NCBI RefSeq assembly: GCF_963921235.1
Contig: NC_086097.1
Coordinates: 237,772,001 to 237,836,000 of the forward strand
DNA: 64,000 nucleotides
Reading direction: 5' to 3'
From: Mobula hypostoma
Taxonomy: Eukaryota
Below the pieces are notes generated by a model that searched no databases, had not been told where the DNA came from, and saw nothing but the letters and a program-made list of their open reading frames with translations. Both the position numbers and the translations under genes were made by a program. Numbering within the stretch: the stretch's first letter is position 1; each line of letters opens with the position of its first letter. This document shows positions 48,661-62,149 of this stretch, in pieces.

Positions 48661-51084
48661 GATTTATAATTGAGAAATAAACATAGTTAGAGGAAAGAAA
48701 TTCATGTCTTTGTCATGGAGTTATTTCTGTGTTGGAGTTTCAATTCAGTGCCAGAGCAATGTTAAAGAAACTGCAAATACTTTGGTTCAAACTCAGAATG
48801 GCTGGAGAAGGATGAAAGTGGAAGCATTTGAAGAGCTGCCTTTGTTCAATCTTAAGACCCGGAGAAAAACGTTTCATGTCAAGGAGAATATGTTGGATAA
48901 ACAGTCTGACAACAAAGATGCAGCAGGGAAGGAGAAGTGTGCTACAAATCTTCAACCTTCATACGGGAGCTAACTTAATTTGCAGATAACATCTTAGGGG
49001 TAATGTTTATAGACAAAGAAAAGAAAATGACTGGCATTTAAATCCCTTGGGATCCCAGAGCTAGCAGTAAAGTAACAAGATGATATATTCCCTGAAGTAC
49101 ATAATCTTTAGAAAAACTTTGCCTTTTCCCACTTTAGGTAGTGAAGCACATTACGAACAATTCCTTGCGACATTCTCAGTCTTATTCAATCTGACTGCAT
49201 AAAGGATGTGAAACAAAAAAAACTTTGAAGTAAGAGGCCTAAACTTAAAGGATAATGAGATTCCTCTTGGGTTTCAAAATATATTTTGAATTCAGAGGAA
49301 AAGAAAAGACATTTTGAAAGCAGAAAAGAGTAGCATGACTCAATGCAGGCCAGTCTTTCTAAGTTTCCTTCATATTAAACTATGGAATTATTTAAGTTTT
49401 CTCTGTTTTTTATGTTTTTGGCTATCTTTAGGATTAATACCTGAAAAAATATATAGAGTCATAGAAAAGCACAGCACAGAAACAGACCCCCTGGCCTATC
49501 TAATCCATGCCATATCATTTAAACTGTTTACTCCCATTGACTTGCTCCAAGATCAGAGCCCTCCATACCCCTACTGTCCATTTACCTAACCAACGTCCTC
49601 TTAAACTTTGAAATCGAGCTTGCATGCACCACTTGTGCTGGCAGCTTTTTCCACACTCTCATGCCTGTCTGAGTGAAGAAGCTTCCCCTCATGTTCCTCT
49701 CATATCTCTAGTTCTTACAGCGTTTAGCGTTTAAATACATCAGAATGCCGGAGCCATTCCTCATACCTTTGCAAAAGTTGAGGTGGGGGTTGCCCACATG
49801 TTAAAATTTTGACTCTTATTTTGGAGATGAGCATCCACAAGTTCAAGTTCATTGTCATTCAACCATACACATATATTGCAAAATGAAACAACATTTCTCT
49901 GGACCAAGGTGCACAAAACCGTACTTATAACTCACATACAACACATAAAGTAATAGTACCACAATTAAATTAACAAATAAAACGGTGATGATAATAACAA
50001 ACAATAATCCTTAATGCTCCAGTGGAGCCACTACCTTCTCTTGCATCAATTCCAATAATCACTCCACTCTGTTTCCCACCCATTCACCTTAATCTTTGTT
50101 CTTCCTTTCCTCTCACTTCCCTCTCACCACTTCTCTCCTCCCCTGCCCTCATAACTGAGCCATCATGGTTCCCAATTTCATTCCCTTTATTCCACGTCCT
50201 CTCTCCTCTCCTATTTGATTCCTTCATCTTCAGCCCTTTATTTCCTCCGCCTATCCCCTTCCAGCTTTTCACGTCATTCCCCCTCCCCCCTCAACTCACC
50301 CTCCTTCCCCCTCATCTGGTCTCACCCATCACCTGCCAGCTTGTGCTCCTCCCCAGAACGTTATATTTCACTTCAGTCCCATTCCGTTCCAGAGGAAAGA
50401 TATTTATTCACATGCATAGATATTCCCTTTTCCTGGACTACACCACTGAAACTTATGACATCAGACTGATAAAATCGGCCCTAGACACTAAATGCTGGCT
50501 CCATAAAAGTTGCAAGCACTGGCTTGGAAAGTGTCACTGGGAAAAAAGCAGACTAAATAACAAACCACCACCATCCTCACATCCCCACTCATGAAAATCC
50601 TTCATACTGATGGAACATACTACACGGTGCTGGGATCACTGTTGATGAACGTTGGTGTAAATATTGGGAAACTGCCTATCAAATATGCAGAAGCAAAGTC
50701 CGAGGATGGAAGGAAATTGGAAGTTTTGATGACAAAGAATACTGTGCGCAAAGAAAGTCAGTTAGGCAGGATCGGAGGGGAAAATCAGGGGGTCGGTTGC
50801 TGTAATTGGAGAGAGACAATCACAAGGGCAGAAGAAAGGATCATAAGGAAGAAACAGTTAGAGCAGAGAATGACTGGTCAGGGATAGAAATGGCTGGGGG
50901 GGATGGGAGGCTGTTTTGTGACCAAGAAGGATACACCTGGACTCTACACTTAAAGAACAGTGAATGTTATGAAATCATATGTTAGATATAAACGTGCTAA
51001 TTACAGCTGTGGGGAAATCCAGAATGTTTTGCATAAACATAGGCATCAATTTAAGCAAGGAGGAAATTAATAGAAATCTCTGTC

Positions 51085-51452
51085 TTAAAGAGGCCTCCAT
51101 TGGTTGGGGTTGACCATGTATACTACATCCTAGCAGTCTATGTGATACAATGGCAGTACGATATGGAGAGCAAGCTGTTGCCCATGCAGCAGGCACACCC
51201 GCCCCCCGACCTCCATGTAGCTGAAGAACCAAAGGAACGGCAGAGACCTATACAGTTTGGCACTAGTGGTCTCATAGGAGGTGCCAATCAGCCTTGAACT
51301 CAATGGAGGACTGCCTTAGGAAGCACAGCTCCAGATTTTCCCTCAGAGTTTACTTCCGAAGCCTTCCCCATGTGTGTGTGTAGCCGCAACGCAGCAGAGG
51401 TTTGAAGTCAGAGTATTCTTTCTCTCCGATGAGCTGCCAACACCATCTGCCT
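51085..51452 (-). mobile_element. Putative RTE-type 5'-region-derived non-autonomous element
   Basis: Shares gttgcccatgc.gca.g and tacag.ttggcac.agtg segments with the body of the tRNA-SINE at 1512-1710, but has no tRNA head. Confidence 0.5.
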
Positions 51453-52714
51453 CACTTAAAAAGTTGTAGAACTAAATTTTTAAAAATTCTGTTACTAACA
51501 ACAAATAGCTTTTATGTAGAAATTTCTAGGTAACAAAATGTCCCAGTGCTCATGGTTAGCCAGCATACCAAATGGGGAGATATTACAATAGCTTTGATCA
51601 ACGCAATTTATTTCAAGAAACACCTTAAAAGGATCGGGTTGTGGTCCTGGTGTGGAGAAGTTTAAATCGAAGATTGAAAGGTACATTTATTTAGTGAGTA
51701 TTAAATAGAAAAGAAACAAAACTTCAGATGTGGAGATGGAAAAGCAAAAAAAAACAGAAAATACTGAAAGCACTCAGCACATCAAGCAGTAGTGGGGGGA
51801 GAAAAAAAGGCAAATAATTCAGCTCTTTCATCAGAAATTAAGCAATAAAATACTGTAAGGGTCTTTTTAAGTGGTAGACTTGGAGAGGGTACTGAGAACA
51901 AAGGGAAGGTTTGTAGTCATAGAATCATAGAAAAGTACAGCACAGAAACAGGCCCTTCAGCCCATCTAGTCCATGCTGAACTATTTAAACTGCCTAGTCC
52001 CTGTAATGGAGATCAGACCAAAGCTTTCAATGTTATTTAGAAAAAATGGTAGTTTGATATCGAACACAAGAAAAGAACAATATTGAAATAGCAATCCAGT
52101 TCTGCTCCCCAAGCTTCCACTTCCATTCTCCATCATATTCCAACCACGCTATCTTTGGTCTCCAGAAGTGCCTGCATCGGCTTGAGGAATGACACCTGCA
52201 GCCTTTGGGACTTAGTAATGATGTTAACATTTTCAAGAAATTAACCCTGAGTTCATAGTTTGCAGAAGGGTTTGGAGATGACAGTTCTGCTACTCCCAAA
52301 TGGAAGGGGAAGGCAAAAAGAAGTCACACACTGGACTCCAGAACTGATAGTGTTGGGATTGGGGTGCATGATAGGGGAGAAGATGGGAAGAGGAAGAGGA
52401 ATGTGAAAATAATTGTAAGCTCCTCGTTTCACTGAATAAATTGAGAATTCTATAAACTGCGCAAAAATTCTGACAGGACAAACATTTGGGCTTTGGAGTA
52501 GATGCGACTAAGGAAACTGCAAACATTACATTTATTTCCAGAATTTATTCTATATACGTGCATATGGTTACTTTGGTCATGTCATGAAGTTTCAAGAGTT
52601 CATCTGTCCGTTTAGTGCTGAAGAATATATTCACTTTACAGGAACTGGAAGTACAAACAATAAAATTTTAAGCCTTTCAGCAACATACAAATTGTCCAAA
52701 GTGAAAATGAACGA

Positions 52715-53085
52715 GACCTGGGCTTAATTTGGAGTATTGTATGCAATTTTGTTCACCTACCTACAGGAAAGATGTAAATAAGGTTGAAAGAGTACAGAGA
52801 AATTTACGAGGATGTTGCCAGGACTGGAGTACCTGAGTTATAAGGAAAGGTTCAATAGGTTAGGACTTTACTCCTTGGAACATAGAAGATTGAGAGGAGA
52901 TTTGATAGAGGTCTGCAAAATTATGAAGGGTCTAGATAGAGAAATTTCGATAGGTACATGAATGATAGGGGTATGGAGGGCTATGGTCCTGATACAGGTC
53001 AATCGGAGTAGGCAGGTTAAATGGCTTGGCATGTCTCGATGGACCGAGGGGCCTGTTTCTATGCTATACTTTCTTATGATTCTAT
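52715..53085 (+). mobile_element. CR1-type LINE 3' fragment with internal deletion
   Basis: ggaaagatgtaaataaggttgaaagagtacagag...gagaggagatttgatagagg followed by a CR1 tail. Confidence 0.8.
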
Positions 53086-55814
53086 ACTAAGCCAATTTAA
53101 CAAATTCAATAAATAGTGAAACAACTAAAATATTCTCAACTACTAAAAAGAACTGCAGTACTAATTCCATTAGCTACTCCTAGACACAAATTCAGAGAAT
53201 CCTGGAAGAACTCAATGGGTTTGGCAGCACCCATGGAGAGAAAAAGAGAGAATTCCTCAGATCAAAAACGCTTCAATCTTCCCACAGACATATGCCAGAA
53301 AGAGTTAGTCCCTGTTGGAGGAGAGGATTTTCTCCTTCCCACCCACTTATCAAGGAAAAAAGCTCACATATTACTGATAGAATGTTACTTATTCATTTTA
53401 AAGAATGAAAGTCATTAATAAGCTAAATTCTCTTTCATCTTCAAAATATATTGATAACCCCTACCTTAAGTTATTATAGTACAAAATGGAATATTAGGTA
53501 AATCAATCAGCTTGAATTGATTTATCAAATATCTGGGCCCTTACAAATGTCAATGATCCCTCCCAATCTCCTTAAGCCTGACAATCAGGCAGGAGGTACA
53601 GTAGCAATTGGACAAGGCCTATTGGGATGGGACAGAGCTTCTTCCCCTAGGCCATGAGACTACTGAACTCCCTGCCACCACCCATGTCTCACCCCCTATG
53701 AAGTGCCAGAAGCATTAAACTGTTTACTTTTTAACATATGATGTAAATGTACCTTATTATTTGTTAATATATTTGTGTTAATAATACTTCATGTGTTGTG
53801 TGTGAATTTTACGTACTGTGTCGTGCACCTTGGGCTGGAGGGACGTTGTTTCATCTGGCGGTATACATGTGTATGGTTGAAATGACAGTCAGCTTGAACT
53901 AGAACTAGAAATTATTTGTGCATCAATAAACTAGAGGCATAAGATGCTGGAAGGTGAGAAGTGGGGGTAAAATCACTGTGGTGGGAGGGACATTTGTTTT
54001 ACAAATGGTAGCACAAAACAGAATTGAACAGCAGGTTGAGAATTTGAAATTCAAGGCTTGGTTGGCTGGCAAGTTCAGGTATAATGATAAAGACTTGTTT
54101 TGAGATTGGATGAGGGGTATCAGTGTTCTGGATAAGGTTAGATGTTTGAACATTAGCAGATGGAAATTACCCAGTACAGTGTTAGAAACTAACAAAGATA
54201 TGAATGACATGAGTTTGTAGTATGTGGACCAAGGCAGAGGCAAAAGCAGAGAAACACAAAATTTTAAGATGGTGGCGAAAGACATATTGTGAAATTTGAA
54301 GTTCAAATGAAGGCTTAATGGGAAACTGAGTCTACAAGTAAAGATTTAGAGACTACCTTTATTTGCACATGTACATTGAAACATACCGTGAAATGTGTTG
54401 ATGGTGTCAACGACTAACATAGTCAGAGGATGTGCTGAGGGCAGCCTGCAAGTGTGGCCATGCTTCCAGCGTCAACAAAGCATGCCTACAATTTACTGAC
54501 CCTGACCTGTACATTTTTGAAATGTGGGAGGAAACTGGAGCACCACAAGGGATCCACACAGTCACTGGGAGAATGTACAAACTTCTCTCAGGCAGTGGCA
54601 AGAATTGAACTCAGCTTGCTGGCTTTATTCTACCTGCTATGCCCTCAGTTTTCTTCACCTCCAGCCAGTGGCAAGGGAAGAACATAACTGGTGAGCCAAG
54701 AACTTCAATTTTTAATAATAGGAGAAAAATTGTGCTTGGCTTTTCAGAGGTAGTAATAAAGGTCAAGAAAGAGAGTGGGTACATAATGTTCAGGCACATA
54801 GCAAGATGTTTTCAGATAACATAATTGAAGGGCAGCATGCAGATAAAAAATTCGGCCATGGTGGAAGATTATCTTTTCATAGCTGGATAAATAAGGAGAG
54901 AAGCTAAGGCAAAGGAATTATTTTTAAATTAAAAAGAAGGCAGCTGTTGGAGCAGGGTATCACAGCACAATTCCAGCCACAAAGGACTGTGGTTCGAATC
55001 CTGATTATGTCAGTTCAACCAGTGTGACAAGTTAAAAGCTTAATTAAAGAGCTTATCACACGGAATTCTGGGGAAGGAGCACAGATCTTGGAAGTGAAAT
55101 GTGTTCAAAAAGTTTGGAGCCTACAGGGTACCTATGAATGATGCAGTCATTTGGAAGGAAATAAATTTTGAGTGTTTTGTTTATGAGAGATGTTTTGCTG
55201 AAGAATAAATTTGAAACAGATCAGCAAGAATGGGGGCAAAAGGGGAAATAAGATGGAACTCATTTCTTGGGAAACAAGGCAGCACTTCTGACAGACTATG
55301 TGATGTAAAATTACCGACAAAAGATGAGTTCCTAGCTGGGTATTGGAGGGCCCGGATAAATGGACAGCCAAAGGCAGACAATTAGGAATTTATTATAAAT
55401 ACCTTGGTAAATGTCTGAGGAAATTATTTTTTTCTGCAGGAGGAAGTGGATTGCATGGATCTCCTATGTTCAAGCCTAGTTCAAGCGCTATTGTATTAGA
55501 GAAAATCACAGGAGGGAAGGTAGGGAAGTCATTGGGACTGCTCGCCTGCACACTGTGGCTATTAAGAATGTTGCAGAAGAGATGGTGGAAACATGCATCA
55601 ATTTTTTTCAAATTTGCTAAACTTTAGGAGGGTGCCAGGAAGTGGTCAAAATCACTCCGGTATTTAAAAAGGGAAGACAGAAGAATTAAAGATTCACATT
55701 CATTATTAGCAAGATGCTGGACACAATAATCAGACAGGAAATAATAATTAATTTAGGAAAGCAGAAATATAATCAAATCCAGTTGATATATTTTTAGGAA
55801 AGGTTCAGCACGTG

Positions 55815-56268
55815 GTTGGGTGTCAGGGTGGTGATAGGGCTCTACAAAAGGAGGTGTAATGTGCTCCATCCCTGCAGGTCACCCTTGGGCGAGGTGTAGC
55901 ACGTGCTTAGCCCCTCCCGATTAGGGCCACATGAAGCCATGGCAGCAGGTGGTGGATGGTGGTATGAGTAGCTGATGCATATCGCAAGTCCTAGTGATGC
56001 CACCACTGATGCCAGGCAGACAATCTCTGAGGAGCATTCAGAATGGCTGGGGTCCCCCATCTTGTAAGGACACTGCCCAGAAGAAGGCAATGGCAAAACA
56101 CTTCTGCAGAGAAATTTGCCAAGAACTATTGTGGTCACGGATAGAGAAAAGAATAAGGAAAACAGCATGATGGGGGCTCTTCTCCACAGGCAATGATCAG
56201 ATTAAAGAGAATTAGATAGACTATGATCACCCACATCATATGACATGGCAAATAATGATGACGATGAT
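55815..56268 (+). mobile_element. RTE-derived bipartite element (long variant) inside an old CR1 (about 55040-56710)
   Basis: gaagaaggcaatggcaaaacacttc, an extra segment shared with 432-841, and a (gat)n tail. Confidence 0.75.
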
Positions 56269-56806
56269 ATCATGTGTGATGAATTTGTCCAAATTCTTGA
56301 GGATGTGACAGTGAGAGTTAGCAAAGGGAAACCTGTTGATGGAATACATTTTGATTTCCAAATGAAGGCATTTGACAAGATGCCATATAACAGTCTCATG
56401 CATAAATTAAGAGTGCAAGGTAAATTTGAGGAACTGTATCAGTGTGGATTGAAAACTGGCTGGTAGGAAGAGGATTACATGAGTGAAGGGATGCAACTAA
56501 CGGAGTAGCCCAAGGATTGGCTCTTAACCCTCAGTTGTTTCCTAATTACATCTTATCACCTGGGGAGGAGGGAGACTGAAATACAAGGTTTCCAAAAATT
56601 TGCCAATAATACATTTGTACATTAAGGTATTTAAAGGGGAATGTTGTGATGACGATATTGTGATTCATCTGTGGGGTATTGATAGGTTGATGAATAGAAG
56701 AAAACTAGGCAAACAGAAACACCAGAGATTCTGCAGCTGCTGGAAATCCAGGAAAATACCTACACAAAATGCTGGAGGAACTCAGAAGGTCAGGCAGCTT
56801 GTATAG

Positions 56807-56880
56807 CAGGGCTTTTCAAACTTCTTTTTATCCCATGGAATTCCTACCATTAACCGTGTACTCCAAATTGGGAACAGCTG
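56807..56880. mobile_element. hAT-type mini-MITE (decayed) inserted in the Penelope pLTR
   Basis: Homologous, in opposite orientation, to 60422-60493 (ttttttat..catgga...taccattaac). Confidence 0.65.
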
Positions 56881-56897
56881 ATTGATGGAAATAAATA

Positions 56898-56930
56898 AAT
56901 GTTTCAGGCGGAAACCTTTCATCAGGACTG
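56898..56930 (-). ncRNA. Hammerhead ribozyme motif (partly decayed)
   Basis: Minus strand reads cagtc-CTGATGA-a-aggt(ttcc)gcct-GAAAC-ATT. The stem II closing pair is A-U where other copies have G-C. The 3' strand of stem I is lost. Confidence 0.55.
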
Positions 56931-57759
56931 GAAAGGAAGGGTTGAAGAAACCCAAGTAAGAAGGTAAGGGGAGGGGAAGGAGTACAAGCTACAAGATGAC
57001 TGGAGAAACTATGTGGGTGGGGGAGGGGGATGAAAGTAAGAAGCTGGGAGGTGATAGGTGGAAGAGGTAAAGGGCTGCAGAGAAGATAAAGGAGTCTGAT
57101 AGGAGAGAAGAAAAGGAGGGGGGGGGCACCAGGAGGACATGATAGGCAGGTGGGAAGAAAAGAAGAAGTAAGGGGGGTGCCAGAGTGGGGAATTGAAGAG
57201 AGAAGGTGGAGGGTGGCAAATTACCAGAAGATGGAGAAATGACTTTTATGCCATCTAGTTGGAGGTTACCTAGAAAGAAGATGAGGTGTTGCTCCTTCAA
57301 CCTGAGAGTGGCGTTATCACAACAGTGGAGGGGTCCATTAATCAACACGTCGGAAATGGAATTAAAATGGTTGCAGATGGAGTGAAGGTGGTAGACAAAG
57401 CTGTCCTCCAATCTATGTCGACTTTCACCAACATAAAGGAGGCTGAATCAGGAGCATTGGCTGCTGTAGACAACCCCAACAAATTAACAGGTGAATTGCT
57501 GCCTCACCTTGAAGGACTATTTGGGGCCCTGACTGGAGTTGAGGGTGGAAGTGATTGAACGTCAGCCACTTGCAGCGTTAAGTGCTGGAGGGAGATTGGT
57601 GGAGAGGGACAGATGGGCAAAGAAGTCACGGAGGGAGTTATCACTGTGGAAAGTGGAGGGGGAGGAGGGTAAAATTGTGTTTGGTTGTTGGATCCTTTTG
57701 AAGGAGGTTGAAGCTGTGGAGAATGATGTGCTGTATGCAATGTCCTCATTATAGTAGCT

Positions 57760-58985
57760 GTCACTAAAGAGGTAGTGCTGAGAAAACAGATGGATGTTAT
57801 TTACTTGGATTTCCAGAAGGCGTTCGATTAGGTTCCACATAAAAGACATCCATAAGTTAAGGATGCATAGAGTTGGGGGTGATATACTAGCATGGATAGA
57901 GGATTGGTTAAAAAGGATTGGATAGAAAGTAGAGAGTTGGGATACATGGGTGTTACTCTGGTTGGCAATCAGTGGTGAGTGATGTGCCGTAGGGGTCGGT
58001 GCTAGGCCCACAGATGTTCACGATATCCATTAGCGATCCGGAAGAGGATAGTGTATCTAAGTTTGCCGATGATACTAAACTGAGTGGAAAAGCAAATTGT
58101 GCAGAAGATACTGACAGTCTGCAGAGAAATATAGATAGGTTATGTGAGTGGACAAGGCTCTGCCAGATGGAGTACAATGTTGGTAAATACAAGGTCATCC
58201 ACTTTGGAAGGAAAAATATAAGAACAGATTATAATATAAATGCTATAAAACACAGCATGCTGCTCTGCTGAAGGATTTGGGAGTGCCTGTGCATGAATCA
58301 CAAAATGTTGGTTTGCATGTGCAGCAGACTATCAAGGCAAATGGAATGTTGGCCTTAATTGCTAGAGGGATTGAATTTAAGAGCAGGGAGGTTATGCTGC
58401 AACTGTACAGGGTACTGGTGAGGCCACACCTGGAGTACTGTATGCAGTTCTGTTCTCCTTACTTGAGGAAGAATATATTGGCTTTGGAGGCGGTCCAGAG
58501 GAGGTTCACCAGGTTGATTCCAGAGATGAGGGGGTTAGATTATGAGGAGAGATTGAGTCGTCTAGGACTGTACTAGTTGGAATTCAGAAGTATGAGAGGA
58601 GATCTTATAGAAACATACAAAATTATGAAAGGGATAGATAAGATACAGGCAGAAAAGTTGTTTCCACTGGTAGGTGAGACTAGAACTAGGGGACATAGCC
58701 TCAAGATTAGGAGGAGTAGATTTAGGATGGAGATGAGGAGGAACTGCTCTTCCCAGAGAGTGTGGAATCTGTGGAATTTTCTGCCCAATGAAGGCGTGGA
58801 GGCTAAATCAGTAAGTATATTTAAGACAAGTTTGGATAGATTTTTGCATATTAGGGGAATTAAGAGTAATGGGGGAAAAGGCAGGTAGGTGGAGATGAGT
58901 CCATGGCCAGATCAGTCATGGTCTTATTGAATGGCGGAGCAGGCTTGACGGGCCAGATGGATTCTTCCTGCTCCTATTTCTTTTA
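57760..58985 (+). mobile_element. CR1-type LINE RT + 3' end
   Basis: DVIYLDFQKAFD, SKFADDTKL, LYRVLVRPHLEYC and RVWNLWNFLP. Confidence 0.92.
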
Positions 58986-60421
58986 ATGTCTTGCAAACCC
59001 TGCCAGAGTTGACATGCATCCAATGCCAACTTCAACCTCACTCAGAATTGTCTCTTTGCTCTCCACAAGTCATAACTCGTTCTCTTGTGCAGACCTGGGT
59101 CACTAGACAAAAATGCCACAGATCTAGCCCTCAGCAGGTGACATACCTCCTGGTTCGCCCACATTTTATAGCAACCGGTTGGGAAGGGGTAGCCATGGGG
59201 GTCAGTAGGCTTATAAAATATATTAGTCAATAGTTTGCCTCCAGAGATGAAGACAGAGAAATGGAGAAAGATGAGAGATATGTCAGAAATGGTCAAAGTG
59301 AATGTAAGGGCAGGGTGGAAGTTGGAGACAAAATTTATGAAATTAACAAACTCAGCATGGGTGAATGAAGCAGCGTCAATATAGTTGTCAACGTAGTGCA
59401 GAAAGAGTTAGGAGCATAGAGACATAGCCACTGATAAGGCAGGCATAACTGGAGCCCATGGCTTCACCTTGAGCTTGAAGGAAGTGGGAGGACCTCAAAG
59501 AGAAATTGTTGAGTGTGAGGACCAGGTCTGCCAGATGGAGGAGGGTCATGGTGGAGGGGATCTGGTCGGGTCCGTAGCTGAGAAAGGAGCAGAAAGCTTT
59601 ATAGCCTACTTGATGGGGGAATAGAAGTATAGAGGGACTGGACATCCAAGGTGAAATGAGCTGGATAAGGCCAGGGAATTGCAAGTTGTTGAGGAGGTTG
59701 AGTACATGTGAAGTTGTCTATCTAGGTGAGAAGATGCGAGGCAGGAAGGGGCAGAAACAATGGGCTTACCTGGACAGTCAGGATTGTGAAACTTGGGTAG
59801 GAGGTAGAAATGAGCAGAGCCATATAAGGGAACTATGACATTGGTGTCAGTGGATGGGTGATCTCCAGAGTTGATGAGATTGGTAGTGGTGTCAGAGACA
59901 ATGTTCTGAAGGACTTGACTGTTGTCCTTTTCAAGGGATAAGTAAATGGTGACGTCTGAGAGTTACCAGTCAGCCACAGCATGGTAGACACTAGTCCGCC
60001 AGTCTACAATGGCACCCCATTTGTCAGCGGGTTTTATAGTGAATTTGGAATTAGTGCGGAGAGTGTGGAGGGCAGTGCATTTAATTTTCAAAGAGAAGAG
60101 AGGAGTGCTGAAGTTGAAATGGTTGATGTCTCATCGGCATCTAGAGATGGAAAGATCCAGAGCAAGCGGGTGTGCAATAAGAGAAGGAGGATTGGAGACA
60201 GGGGAAGGGGTCATCAGTCTGGGTTGTGGAATCCTCTTGATGATCCTGACTGGGGTGGTTTGCAAGGGGTAAGTAAGAGGAGGTGTCTGAGAGTTGCTGA
60301 CCAGCTGGTCCTGAGTGGTCTCCTTTTCAGGGGATAACTGAGATGAGGTGAATTTGAAGTAGGCAAGTACAAAGTCATACAGTTGGTTAAGAGGAATCAA
60401 AAGGCAAATTACCCTCTAAAT

Positions 60422-60493
60422 CAGGGGTTCTTCTCCACAGACCCCTCAGTTAATGGTATGGCTCCATGCCATAAAAAATGTTGGCAACCCCTG
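60422..60493. mobile_element. hAT (Charlie-like) mini-MITE, 72 bp
   Basis: TIR caggggtt/aacccctg; 8-bp TSD ctctaaat (60414-60421) / ctctaagt (60494-60501). Confidence 0.88.
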
Positions 60494-60711
60494 CTCTAAG
60501 TGGAGAGGAACTGGAAATGAGTGAAGCTCAGAGCGATCTATGAGTTCAGTGCATCAATCACAAAAAGTTACAGGCAGGTCCACTAAGTGATTAAAGTGGG
60601 AAAATGATATTATGATCTTTATTCAAATGGATGGACATTTGTTAACGTTCCATAGCGTGTTGGTGAGGTGACACATGTAATACTGTGAACAGTTGACTTC
60701 ATTATACTTCA

Positions 60712-61321
60712 CTAGGATTTTGCAGAGATTTGGCATGTCAACAAATACACTCAAAAACTTCTATGGCTGTACCGTAGAGAGCATTCTGACAGGCTGCATC
60801 ACTGTTTGGCATGGAGGGGCTACTGCACAGGACTGAAAGAAGCTGCAAAAGGTTGTAAATCTAGTCAGCTCCATCTTGGGTACTAGCCTACAAAGTACTC
60901 AGGACATCCTCAGGGAGTGGTGTCTCAGAAAGGCAGTGTCCATTATTAAGGACCTCCAGCACCCAGGGCATGCCCTTTTTTCACTTGTCAGGTAGGAAGT
61001 ACAGAAGCCTGAAGGCACACATTCAGCGATTCAGGAACAGATTCTTCCCCTCTGCCATCTGATTCCTAAATGGACATAGAATCTTTGGCTATTACCTCAC
61101 TTTTTGAATGTACAGTATTTCTGTTTTTGCATGGTTTTTAAAATCTATTCAATATATACGTATACTGTAATTGATTTACCTGCTTATTTATTATTACAAA
61201 CGTGTATTATTTATTATTATTTTTTCTCTGCTAGATTACCTATTGCATTGAACTGCTGCTGCTAAGTTAACTAATTTCACGTCACATGCCAGTGATAATA
61301 AACCTGATTCTGATTCTGATT
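60712..61321 (+). mobile_element. Rex1/Babar-type LINE 3' end inserted in an old CR1 (about 60350-61790)
   Basis: gagagcattctgacaggctgcatcactgtttgg and the tail aataaacctgattctgattctga; CR1 resumes as QKDITAVKAVQRTFT. Confidence 0.85.
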
Positions 61322-62149
61322 CTACAAAAGGATATAACTGCTGTGAAGGCAGTCCAAAGGACATTCACCATCCTACATCCTCAGGTGAGACCCTTGTCCT
61401 ATCAAGAGAGCCTTGAAAATTTGGGTGTATATTCCTTGGAGTTATGGAGACTGCTAGTTAATCTTATTCAAATAAGTAAGATCCTCAAGAATCTTGTCAG
61501 AGTAAATGTTGAAATGTTCGAGCTAAAGAGAGAGTCATAAACCGGGGACATACTGTACTGTAGGTACAAAACAAGGGGCGAGTTATTTAAAACTGTGGTG
61601 CATAGAAATATCTTTGCTTGGGGAATTCTCTAAGGGAGGCCAGATTATTAGATATTTTTAAGGTGCAGAGAGATAAACGTTTGAAAGATAAAGAAATTGA
61701 GGGTTATGAGGAACTGACACAGAAGAGGCCATGATCATCCATGATCATACTGAATGCTGGGACAAGCTAGCTTTGTTCTCTGTTTTCTTGTAAATAAATT
61801 CTGCTGTCCTTGTTGCATCCCTGTCTCTTGTCCATCACTCCAAACTTGCCTTGTTCCTTATCTTATTCACATCTTTTACTTTGTCTCCTCTGATCCCAAA
61901 GCATATTCTTAGTGAGGGGGAGAAGCCACCAGCCCATTGGTTTGGAGTCAAGGTGAGCAGGAAAGATGTATGGGGATGGGGCTGAAAACTGGAGTAACAA
62001 TCATAAAAGACCATGAAGGACCTTAAAAGGTGAACTGGTTGAATCCTTCTCCATTACTGTTTTGAAACTAATACTTTCCCACCAGCTCTATCCTTTTTTT
62101 CATACCTATCTTATGTTTTGAGATAACTATAAAAAAGGATAAATATATA

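Larger units (their letters stand above)
56712..60350 (-). mobile_element. Long decayed Penelope-like element (Neptune-like; RT + GIY-YIG + pLTR), interrupted by CR1 and Rex1 fragments (about 57760-59170)
   Basis: RT motifs LVLTLNNF...QAQGEAMG..SYACL..GYV and LFLHYVDN (about 59380-59530). Endonuclease FKVRQQFTC..GVVY...LLYVGES and LRLKEQHLIF.LGNLQLDG (about 57240-57520). pLTR at 56712-56930. Confidence 0.88.

Noticed and set aside
50022..50594. 190-aa Pro/Leu/Ser-rich ORF
   Set aside because: It arises from the pyrimidine-rich Penelope 3' UTR (the complement of tracts at 43690-43960 and 56940-57210), which is low-complexity and poor in stop codons.
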